Source: Paramoeba atlantica (taxonomy: Eukaryota > Protista > Discosea). Taken from it: a DNA stretch of 64,000 bases. The notes under the pieces are model-generated. The model searched no databases. It was given only the letters and a program-made list of their open reading frames with translations, and was not told where the DNA came from. The DNA is taken from NCBI GenBank assembly GCA_977017575.1, contig CDRNVI010000151.1, positions 1 to 64,000 on the forward strand, given 5' to 3'. Shown one piece after another: positions 1-11,349 of this stretch. Numbering within the stretch: the first letter of the stretch is position 1; the number at the start of each line of letters is the position of its first letter. The position numbers were made by a program, and so were the translations under genes.

Positions 1-726
1 CCTAAACCCTAAACCCTAAACCCTAAACCCTAAACCCTAAACCCTAAACCCTAAACCCTAAACCCTAAACCCTAAACCCTAAACCCTAAACCCTAAACCC
101 TAAACCCTAAACCCTAAACCCTAAACCCTAAACCCTAAACCCTAAACCCTAAACCCTAAACCCTAAACCCTAAACCCTAAACCCTAAACCCTAAACCCTA
201 AACCCTAAACCCTAAACCCTAAACCCTAAACCCTAAACCCTAAACCCTAAACCCTAAACCCTAAACCCTAAACCCTAAACCCTAAACCCTAAACCCTAAA
301 CCCTAAACCCTAAACCCTAAACCCTAAACCCTAAACCCTAAACCCTAAACCCTAAACCCTAAACCCTAAACCCTAAACCCTAAACCCTAAACCCTAAACC
401 CTAAACCCTAAACCCTAAACCCTAAACCCTAAACCCTAAACCCTAAACCCTAAACCCTAAACCCTAAACCCTAAACCCTAAACCCTAAACCCTAAACCCT
501 AAACCCTAAACCCTAAACCCTAAACCCTAAACCCTAAACCCTAACCCCTAAACCCTAAACCCTAAACCCTAAACCCTAAACCCTAAACCCTAAACCCTAA
601 ACCCTAAACCCTAAACCCTAAACCCTAAACCCTAAACCCTAAACCCTAAACCCTAAACCCTAAACCCTAAACCCTAAACCCTAAACCCTAAACCCTAAAC
701 CCTAAACCCTAAACCCTAAACCCTAA
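1..726. repeat. Telomeric repeat tract (CCCTAAA)n, i.e. TTTAGGG on the G-strand; chromosome end
   Basis: About 103 tandem heptamers from base 1, one variant unit (CCCTAAC) near 541-547, abrupt change to AT-rich unique DNA at 727. Confidence 0.99.
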
Positions 727-1066
727 TTTTTATATGTAAAATACATAGAAAAAATACTCATATTTTTGGACTCTATAAAAATCTTTCAAAATTAAAAAAT
801 GAGAAATGAAAGTGATAAAGTAGTGTAAAAACATGAAATTAATCTATGTTTAAGGAAAACCATGAAAAATTTTATATATGACCTGATAATGTAGGGAGGA
901 GACTAAAATTATATGTTTGTATGTAAAAATCATATAAATGTTTTCTCAATTATTTTTATTCTATGAGACAAAATCAAAAATCTGGCTGGTCCAAGTTTTA
1001 GAAAATAGTTTTTTTTATTATGTTATCAAAAAAAATGAGTCCCAGCTCACTTGTTTCCTCAATATG

Positions 1067-1281
1067 TAGGGTGCCACTTTAAAGTCCTATCATTATATGT
1101 GAATTTCATACATAAGACCTCTTCGTAAACTGCCTATAACTTTTTGTGACATATTCGGATTTTTAAAAAAAAGATGCCATTAGGAAGACAAAAATGAGGC
1201 GCATCTTTCTACCAGTCTTGATTTTCCGAATTGTAAAAAAAAGTGATTCAAAACGAAGTAATTAGGCCCTAAACCCTAATA
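1067..1281. repeat. ~214-bp subtelomeric direct repeat, copy A, ending in GGCCCTAAACCCTAATA
   Basis: Near-identical to 18806-19020 (TAGGGTGCCACTTT...GTAATTAGGCCCTAAACCCTAATA), same orientation. Confidence 0.95.
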
Positions 1282-1305
1282 AAACCAATTTTGTTTTTTT
1301 TTTAT

Positions 1306-4300
1306 TTATTTCTTTTTCAAAGTGATTTTCAAAAAATCCCAATAAAAAAGTGCAAATCGACAGAACTTTTCCTCAAAAATCATCTCATACCAATGTTCAC
1401 CAGATAAAAATATCTTTTGAAATTTTTTTTTTCTTTCATTTTCTTCTTCTTTCAACAAATTCATTTCTTCAATCAAAAACTCATTCTCTTCTTCTTCACT
1501 TTGAATAGCAACAAAATCACCACCACCACCACCACCACCACGACTGCCGCCACCACTACAAACAACATCACTTGTTGATCCTCTTCTTTTCTCTTCCCTC
1601 TCTCTTTCACCACAAACCAATTGTTGTTGTTGTTGTTTCACCATAACCACATTTCTCAAAAAATCTCCCATCACAAAATCTGGTTGAGAACTTATCCAAG
1701 CGGAAAAACTAACAATATGGGAAATATTTCGACAAAGAGTTTGAGGCATTTGACTTATATGACTTGGACAAACAGAATGAGGTAACCCACAAAACGGACA
1801 AATTTGAGACGAAGCACTCTTGTAATAAATTGCTGGGCAATGTTGTTCTGTTCAATGTTTCTTAAAATCCATACTCTTTCCTCCCATTTTACAAAAATGG
1901 CATTTGTTTTGAATCCATTTCTTATAGATCGAACATTGATTTATATCATCATAAAGAATTGTTGAATTGCAAGCAAAACATTGGTTGGACCATTTTTGGA
2001 GTTGATTTTGAATTTTTTGTTCAAAAAAAGTCTTTCATAAACAAGTCTTCAAAGGAAAGTTCAAATGATCATGAAGAAGAGAGCCGAGAGTATTCATTTT
2101 TGGAGGGTGTGCAGTGATGTTGTTGCTTTTTCCAATTTTCAATTGAAGTGATTGATAAAAGAGAAATGATGAATAGTAATCACGAAGAAGAGGTTCTTTG
2201 ATATCGTTCCATTTTGGTCGTCGAAAATTCTTCTTCAAAAAGAACCCTCCTCCTCCTCCTCTTCCTCCTCTCTCTTTCCCCACTTCCCCTCCTCCTCCAT
2301 GACAATCACTTCCAATTGCAACATCATGAGAGAACAAAGAAGAAGAAGAAGAAGAAGAAGAAGAAGAAGAAGAAGAAGAAGAAGAAGAAAAAAGAGAGGA
2401 AGGGAGGAGCAGTGGCACTATTGCTATTGACAATAATGAGGAAACAAGAGGAAAAAAAGAATTAGATGAAATCATTGATTCACCCTCTTCTTCCTCTTTC
2501 CTTTTTGAAGAAAGAAGAAATTTTGGAGGAGGAGGAGGAGTAAATAAAACAATTTTTCCTGGAGTTCGGTTCCCTCGAGTCACTGGGTCACAAAGTTGTA
2601 AAGTATCCAAAATTGAAAAGGGTACATCCATCATCAACAAATAAAAAAGAACTGGAAAGTCACATGCTTGACAAATTGTTGAGGTTCCAATGATAATAAA
2701 AGTACTTTCCACTGCTGCTGCTGTTGTTTCTTCTTTTCGTGGTGGTTGTGATGAAGAGGAAGAAAGAACTGATTTCATATTTTCCAAGTGTGTTGAATCA
2801 TTTCAATAGTCCAAAGAAAAGGGGATAAGAACAACATTCAAGTATCGTTTATCTGAGTATCGCACGGATAACTTATCAGATTTTTTAAAATAGCAATAAA
2901 CCTCAGAGACTTGACTTTTTGTACAACAATAAATCAAAACTTGACATTGAGCACGGGGGACTCATGTTAAAACATAAGTAAGAAGATTTTCTTTTGTTCC
3001 ATCCAAGCGTTCCTTGGAAGGATAAACAAACACATCATTTAGAAAATTCAAAAGAGAAGCAGAAAGATCAACAGATCCTTGAATTGCATGAAAAATATTC
3101 TTTCCTTTCCCACAATCAATTGCATTAGTCTCTTCTTCAAACATTGAAGAATCATAAGTTCCTGACATTTCGATAACTTTTTCTCCAATTTTAAGACAAG
3201 TGGCTCTCAAGTGAAGATAGCTCGAGCGATACGAAGGACCAGCAGACCATTGGAGATGAGCTTCATCAATAAAAATAAACGAAAAGATTTTTCTCAACAA
3301 ATCCAAAGAAGAAGAATTAGTCGCAACAGCAGCAGCAATACAGGGGGAGGCAGGATTTGTACTTGTTGTTCTGAGAGAAGAAGAAGCTTCCTCCTCTCCA
3401 AATTTCTCCTCCTCTTCCTCTTCCTCTCTTCTTCCTCTCCTTTGTGTTCTTTTTTGTTTTTGTTGTTGTTCATATTGTTGAAGACCCAACCACTCAATAA
3501 ATTCTTTCGTAGTCAAAACTTCAGGACATGCAATAAAAATATCAATTTCATCATCATCACCACCACCATACATCCTCTCACTTCTTTTTTTTTGTTGGTG
3601 TTGTTGTTGTTCAAAATATTGTGAACAAAGAATCGCACATCGAGTTGTTGGAAGAGATGAAAGAATCAAAAGAGATTGCAATTTAAAAGCAATTGTTGGA
3701 ACAACTAAAAGAAGAGGATGGTAATGGTGGTGGTGCAAAAAATTATCATCATCATCGTTATCATTATCAGATTGTTGTCGTTGTTGTTGTCGCTTCAAGT
3801 TTTCTCTTCTTCTTCTTCTTCTTTCTCTCATCTTTGCATGAGAAAAAGCAAAATACTCATAATAGATTGACTTCCCAAATCCACAAGGTCGAGAAATAAG
3901 AGTGTGGCGATTTAAAGAAATCACAATCAAATCTTCTTTTTGCTCTGGTTTCAATTCTTTCCATCCCTTTGCCTCAATAAATTCTTTGTGGTAATCTTCC
4001 ATATACCATAATAATGAGGTCATTGAAGAAGAAGAAGGTAATGGAGGTAGCAATAATGAGGAGGAGGAGGAAAGGGAAGAAGAGGGTGGTCCAGGGGAGG
4101 GGGAAGCAGCAGTTGGTAAAATTATTGTTGCCGCAGCATATAATGAATCTCTCCATTGAGTACAAAGCTCTTCCAAGAAATTCCATTTCAAATCCACATT
4201 TATCTCTTTTTTAAATCCATAAGAGGTTCGAAATGTTTGAAGAGAATGTCCATTTCCAGTTGCTAACATCGAAAAAATCGAGGATGAAGAAGAAGAAGAA

Positions 4301-7300
4301 GAAGAAGAGGAAGAAAATATTTCATCACCACCACCTCTTCCTCCTTCTCTTCTTCCAAAACAACTTTTTGGGGGGAAGTGTTGTTCACTCCCCCCCCCCC
4401 CACCACCACCACCACCACCACTACCACCATCACAAAAAACAACATCTTGGCAAGCTAACTTCATCTGCTGAAGTATTCAAAATCCAAGAACTTTATCAGA
4501 GGGTAATTTGCTTATCTGAAAAAGAGAACGAAGAATCGAATCAATTAATACTAGATCCAAAGTCCATGTCTCACACTTTGAAACTGCCTCACTCGTTAAA
4601 ATAAGATACTGTCAATCAATTGCAAAACAAAAAGAAGCCAACTTATCAAGAAAAGAGACATTGATTAATTGACTTGCTTTCTTCTTCTTAATATCTAAAA
4701 GAAATGCAATTGAGTAATTCGAAGTTGGTTTCCATTGACAAAATGAGTTCGGTGAATGAAGAGAGGAAAATTCACATTTTCGAGGTGTCAACACAGACGA
4801 AAAGTAGTGGTACAGAATGTATAAATGATAAAATTGCTTTCAATCATCTTCCTTAATGAACCCACTAAAACCACTACCACTACCACCATAACCACCACCA
4901 TGACCCCCACCACCACTGTTGCTGTTGCTGGAATCATCATCCAAAACAATTGATTTCCATGTAATTGGTTTCAGTGGATTGCTTGTGGAAGAAGAGGGAG
5001 CAGCAGCAGCAGCAATTACTGGACCATTCAGCATCCATACGTGGTTTTGGTACAGGGAATTCAACTTTAAAGATCGAAGAAACCATAAAAGAATATCTTT
5101 CAGTTTTTTAACAATGGCTGAAAGGGTTGATTGATAGATTTTCACCTCTTCCCCCGCTCCTCCTACTGTCTTTAATAAGAGTGGTGGTGATGGTGCCTGC
5201 TTTTGTGTTGATGTTGTTCCCTCTTCTCCCTCTTCCTCCTCCTCTGTTAATGTTAACGCTCCTCCTCCTCTTCCTCTTCCTCTTCCTCCTCCTCCTCCTC
5301 CTCCTCCTCCTGCCATTCTCATTACCACCTCCTCTCCTTCTTCTTCTCTTTCTATCTCCATCGCCATTCTCTCTTCTGTTGTTGGTGCTTTTGTTGCCAA
5401 TGTTCTCACTCCTCTTGTTGCTGTTCTCATCAGCCCCGCTCCTCTTTCCACTGCCATTCTTGTTGCTTCTTCTCCAATAGCAGTAGAACAAGGAGTTATT
5501 GAGGAAGAAGAAGAAACAGAAGAAAAAGAAACGACTGGAACCCACGAAATTGTCCAATGAAAAGAAGAAATATCTTTCCAAGAAATATGAAGAAGATTCT
5601 TTTCTTTTTCAACTTCATAAACAATATCTGGTTTTCTTTTTTTCTCTTGCTTCTTCTCTTCCTCTCCAAGTCGTTGACAAAAATAAACAATCTCATAACG
5701 ACAGTGCTGAATCATGTGACTTTGTATATTTTCATCAACATTAACATCAAAAGTATTAAGCGCAAGAGGGTACAGGTATAAATCCATTATTCGAAGTGCA
5801 TACAATATCTTCTTCAAATGATTCAATGGAAATGATAAAGAAGAAGAAGAAGAAGAAAAATGGTTTGACGAAAAAGAGGAAGAGGAGAATTCATCATCAT
5901 GAACAGAAGAACCATTTTGAAGAAACTTGGCAACAACATTGGATATCGAATGAGAAATAAACTTCAAGCCAATCAAGCAATGTGCATATGAAAAGATATT
6001 TAAAGCCAACCAAAGAATCGCTTCTCTTTTAGTTAAACCATCAAAACCACCACAACCACCACCACCACCACTCACCGGAACACCAACACAAGCCCTTACT
6101 ACATCAATTTCTATCATCTCAAATAAAGGAAGAAGATGCTGAGCATATTGTTTTGTTATCTGATCCGATTGTCCAACCTTTGAAAATACTGTTTCATTTG
6201 AAGATTGTCCCATTAAAAGATCCCAATTTCCTCCTTTTGTTCGAATTCAATAAATATCTCTTCGCATTGAAACTGAAAGCTCACCCAAAACAAATGCTTT
6301 TCCTTCAAAAAGAACTGAAATCAAAACCTCCAGTAATGGATTTTTATAAGGTGATGAATTTAACCAAGGTTCAATAATTCCACCACCACCACCACCAGAC
6401 CCAGACAACAACCCGCTGTGATCCTTATTCGTACTACCGCCACCACAACTCCTACTGCTGTTTCTGTTGCTGCCATTGCTGCTGCCACCACCACCACCAC
6501 CACCACCACCATCATTTCGATAATGGTGATGAGAAGAAAAAGGCATCATCTCATTGAAGCTCAAAAAAGGTTTGAGGAATGAAGGAATACAAGAACCAAC
6601 AGCTGAATTATCGAGAGCCTGAAGCCATTTCCATCAAGATTGACTTTCCTTTAATGAATAATCTGTAATTCCACCACCACCACCACCACCATTCTCAACA
6701 GAATTTGTTGTTCTCAATGCATATGGTAAAAACATGCATTTTTCTTTTTTTTTTTTCTTTTTGAGGCAGACTTTATTCAATTAGTAGTTCTTAATCTAAG
6801 CCATTTGAATTACATTAAATTATGTTTTTTTTTTTAACCTCTAACAAGAGGTGAAGTTTTAAACTTCAGCTTAGTTCAGTCGGTCTTTATGCTGAACTTT
6901 AGAACTTCTGCAAGTTCAGGCTGGAGGATGCACATCAGAAGGGAGAATAATCCAAAGCTCCTTCTAAGGGAATTTACCCTCAACTTTTTAGCAGACAGGG
7001 CTGAGATGTAACCTGTTCCGATTTTTACACTTTTTCAAAAGCTCCTCACTCCAATCAAATCACTCTACAGCACCAGAAAAATTTTCTATAATATCGAAAA
7101 ACTGGGATTTGAACTCGCCCCCCCGGGGTTGGACATAGTCGAATTTACGACTAAACTATGGGTGCCAACCCAAAAACATGCCTTTTTCACTCAGGTTCAT
7201 ATTCAACATCAAACAAAGAGAGAAAACAGAGTTGTTTCCTTCTCTCCTTCCTCCAGCAGCAGCAGCAGCAGTACCAGCAGCAGCAGCAGCAGTACCAGCA

Positions 7301-7341
7301 GCAGCAGCAGTACCAGCAGCAGCTTTCTCCTCCTCCGTTTC

Positions 7342-7373
<32 letters not shown>

Positions 7374-8166
7374 AGTTGTCAGTTGTTGTTCTTGTGGTTG
7401 TCTCAAGAAGAGAAGAACAACAACAAGAAGAAGGAGAATCTGACTCAAAAGAAGAAGAACAACGAGAATGAGGGAGAGAACAAGAACAACAACCATGACA
7501 AGAATTCTTAGAACAAGAACAAGAACAAGAAAACTGCTTCTGTTGCTGCTGCTGCTGCTCTCTTTTTGTCGATTTGAACAAAGAAGAGGAAGAAGAAGTT
7601 GGACACCCATCAAACAAAACACCTTTCCATTGATACACCACCACCACTTGACTGTTCAAAGAAGTGCAAGTACAACCATCCGCATGTTTTTTCTTTGATA
7701 AATCACTTTTTCTTTTACAAACAACACTATTACATTCAAAACAAAAAGAGAAACAAGATGTCCCTTGTGGAACAGCTCCTTCGAAGATAGGAAGTCTTCA
7801 ACAAGTTACATGCGAGAAAGATAAAAATTGAGAAACATAATCAGGTGAACACCTCTTCATCACCGAAGGATCGTAAGATTTTGTCTGACATTGTTTCAAG
7901 AAAGATTTCTTTATCCAATAATACTTTTTGGAAGTACTCATACTCTTTTTTTCAGCAGTTGGGATAAAACTATGACCACACACAAAAATCACATATTGAG
8001 TCTGTGAACCTCTAACAATCATAAAAGGAGGAGGAGAAGAATACTGTTGCTGCTGCTGCTGGGAAAACAGATCATCATTATGAGGTGGTGGAAACAATCG
8101 AGTTAAATCATGATCTTGTTTCACCAACTGCGAAAACACAAGGCGATCAAGCAAGGGAAACGTCAT
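1306..8166 (-). pseudogene. Telomere-linked tyrosine-recombinase / RecQ-like helicase fusion gene (~2138 aa reconstructed), interrupted by 10 TGA codons and a SINE-like insert
   Basis: Manual translation of the gaps joins ORFs 7798-8166, 7156-7659, 6247-6564, 4840-6213, 2962-4464, 2035-2787 and 1306-1749 in one frame ending at TAA 1306. YR motifs: PRKCEFSSL (Arg at 4780-4782) and GHSLQTFRTSY (His 4246, Tyr 4219). Helicase motifs: PCGFGKS, ACPEVL, FIDEAH, MSGT, VLIYC, GTSTICQACD. Cys-rich tail includes CPFCGLPHSVC. Confidence 0.85.
6745..7171 (-). mobile_element. tRNA-derived SINE-like insertion with A-rich tail and ~17-bp target-site duplication
   Basis: Plus-strand AAAAACATGC(A/C)TTTTTC at 6728-6744 and 7172-7188. 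Minus-strand head has A-box TAGTTTAGTCG (7158) and B-box GTTCAAATC (7114), 44 nt apart. AATAAA then an A-run at 6762-6745. Removing 444 bp rejoins LSEKG-MFL-PYALR in frame. Confidence 0.8.
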
Positions 8167-10129
8167 ACTGTAAAGAATAAACCCTTTTTACAAGCCAGCC
8201 AGCCAGCCAGCCAGCATATATGTATTATTTTGGGGGAGGGAGAGCGGAGCAAATGGTGGATGGATGATTTTCTCGAATTGGGTGAAAGATTACACACCAA
8301 AGTGTGGAACTACACTACACTGGTCAACAAAAAATAAAGAGTGTACTCTACTGATTCACACACACCACACACCTAGACACAATGTACGATACGATATGAT
8401 ACGATATGACACACGATAATGCTCTCTTCTCTTCTGAAGGATCGGAGAAGGGGGGGAGGGAGAAGGGAGGAAGGATGCTTATCTTAAGCTGCTTCGTGTC
8501 TCTTCTAATAATAAGAAAAAAAGAGAGTTAAAATTCATTTTTAATCATCACCAAAAACCAGAAAACCAGAAAACCCTCATAAAAACAAAAAACAATATTC
8601 ACTCAAAGGGAAGTGTTGAAAATAATACCTCAAAAACCAGTCATCCAGAGAAGAAGGGAGGGAGGGGGAGGAGTGAGTGTGTGTTGCTTGTTTGTTTGAG
8701 TTGGTGTTGTTGGTTACTCGAAAAAAGAGAGAAAACTCTTTGTTTTTGCACGTGTACTCTTTTAGCAAAAAGAGAAAAAGCTCTTTCCAACCACGAAAGT
8801 GAAACGAAAAGTCGAGCCAACGTTCAAAAAAATTCAAAAAAAACCTTTTCAAAAAGGTTATTGTTGTTCTCGCTCTCTCTCACCACACCTTAGTCTTTCC
8901 ATGTGTACCTCTAAAAAAAGAAAACAAGCAAAAACAAAAACGTTTTTCTTTTTTTCAAAAAAAACCATAAATTAATCTTTCACAATAAAAAGAATTCTTT
9001 GAAACAAAAAAAGAAAAGAAAAACCTTTTTTCGAGCTTAAATCCTCCTCAATATTATTCAAACATCAGAAGAAGAGAGAGAAAAAACACAACTTTTGAAC
9101 CCCTCTCTCTCTCTCTCCACCCCCCTCCCTTCTTCTCTTGATTTTCATTTGTTTTGAAACTCAAAATGAGAGAAAAGAAAAAATAAATTGAGTATTCAAC
9201 TTAATCTTTTCTTTTTTTTTCTCTTCATTATATTCAACTCCTGCTGTTATATTATCGTTGTCGTCTCTTCCTTTAAAAAAAGAAAAAAAGAAAAAGGAAT
9301 ATTGAATTAGTGTTTTGAAGGATAAAATAAAAAAAATATTATCTTGTTGTTTTAAATTAAAAAAAAAAAAAAAAGAAAATAAAAAACCTTCTTGAAACCT
9401 CTTTCTCTTTCTTTCTCTTCTCTCGAGTCTCTTTCACTCTCTCTCTCCCCCCCCCTTCAAAACCCTAAATCTCTTTGGATGCCGTTAATCGATTCTCTTC
9501 AATAAATCACTAATTATATAAGTCAGTAAAGATATATCTCTCTTCTTTCATAATAATCAAATTAGAACAAACCAGCAAAAAGAAACGATTTATCACTGCT
9601 GAAAAGCTTGATGTTCGCTCTCTCAACAAACAACAATAAACAACAACAACCACATGCATCAATTATTGTGTGAGATGATCTTTCCTCATCTTAACACCAC
9701 TTCTTTCTCCCCCCCCCCTTCTTTTATGGTTTGCCATTATCATAACATATCTTCTCCCTCTCCTTTCCCTCTTAATACTCACAAGACTGCCAAACATTGG
9801 ACAACACAACAAAAGGATCACCGGAACAACTCAAAACCCAAACTCCCTTTTTCATTCCAAAAATAAAAAAAACAAAAAAAAAAAAACAAAAAAAAAAATC
9901 AGTGTTCCGAATAAAAAGACATCTTTTCATTGTTGTTTTTTTGTATCACTTCTTTTTTTTTTCAAAGAATTAATATTTGAATTGAAATCAAAAGAAGAGA
10001 AAATTGGTGGATTGATGTTTGATGTTTGTTGATTTTCTTCTTCTTTTGATTCTTTTTCTTCCAAAACCTTAAACCCTGAAACCACCCACCATAAAAATAA
10101 CAATTAAAGATCTTTGAATTTTTTTGAAT

Positions 10130-11349
10130 TTAAAAAAAAAGAATATTTTTATTATAAGAAATATGATAAGAGTGAGGAGGCCACATAATATTATCCGGGG
10201 AAGAGAATTGCTGGTCATAATTTTTAAAAAAAATAACAGTGTATTGTTCCCCACAAAAACTTTCCATTGCAATTTTTCGATGTCACAAACATCCATCAAA
10301 AACAATTATTGTTCCTGGAATAATTGGAATTCGAATTGTATATGCTCCTGTTGGGTCTTCAAATTCAAAAAAACTCTCATCAACAAATGTTCCTAAAAAA
10401 ATAACAATTTGAAATGTAATATCATGTTCATCAGAGTGCCATTTGACTAATTGGTCATTTGATGTCATTAAAGAAACATAGATTACAAATTCCCCAGAAG
10501 CAAAGCGATCATCGAGAAGAGAATATAGGTATTTCCTTTAAAGCCATAATTGTTTTTTCCATTGAGGAATTTTTCGTTCGAGTGGATTATTAGCAACTCC
10601 AAAATGGCGGATAAAATTGTGGGGTTTTTCAAAACCTAATCCAAAATTAGGGGAAAACAATTAAAGGAGGTGGGTGGGTGGGTGTAAGACGAACAAACGA
10701 AAAAGAAACAAAAATAAGGTTAGAGAAAAAAGATAAACGAAAAAAACAAAGAAAAAAAAGATAAAAAATTAAAGAAAAAAAAATTAAAGAAAAAACCTGT
10801 TGCCCCAATTGCATTAACAGTATATCCAATCATAATTGTTCCTTTAAGATCAAAATTTTTTGAAGTTTGTTTTTGTGAAAAACAACAAAAATTCTTCAAA
10901 AAGAAAAAGAAGATGCTCAAATATTAGGAAAGAACTGGTGGAAATGTTAGAAGTGGTTGAGGAAGGTTTGTGTTTGTAAAGATATGATATTTGTGAAGTG
11001 AAAAAAAGGGAAGAATTTTGTGTTCTTTTCCAGGTTTGTTGAGAGGGTTTAAAAGGCTGCTTCTGCTGCTGCTGCTGAGAACAGAGGAGGAAAAATAATA
11101 ATTTTTGAAAAACTCTGGAATAGAAACTGAAAAAGGTGGTAATATCGTAAACTTTTCCTCCTCCTTTCTCAAAGGTGGTAAAGAAGAAAAGGAAGGGGGG
11201 TTGCATTGAAATGCTGTTAAGTAAAAATTGTCCTCATTCATCGCTTGTACTTTTCGCTTTTTTGCTTCTCTTTCTTCTCTTTTTTGTAAACACCAGTATG
11301 TTCGGCAGTCTTTTTGATGAAGAGAGGGAAAAAGGACTTTATGGGACAT
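10130..11349 (-). pseudogene. Decayed 2OG-Fe(II) oxygenase-like gene, probably with an intron
   Basis: One frame reads KWHSDEHDITFQIVIFLGTF...IIPGTIIVFDGCL*HRKIAMESFCGEQYTVIFFK, giving an HxD motif and a distal His in a DSBH-like pattern. In-frame TGA at 10283 and TAA stops upstream; probable intron ~10635-10795. The 5' boundary is uncertain. Confidence 0.55.

Noticed and set aside
7095-7165. Functional tRNA gene
   Set aside because: A and B boxes are present, but acceptor and T stems do not pair into a cloverleaf; it sits in a TSD-flanked, A-tailed insert.
1306-8166. Multi-selenocysteine protein
   Set aside because: TGA contexts do not look like Cys/redox positions, and I see no SECIS-like element in the ~25 bp between the stop and repeat A.
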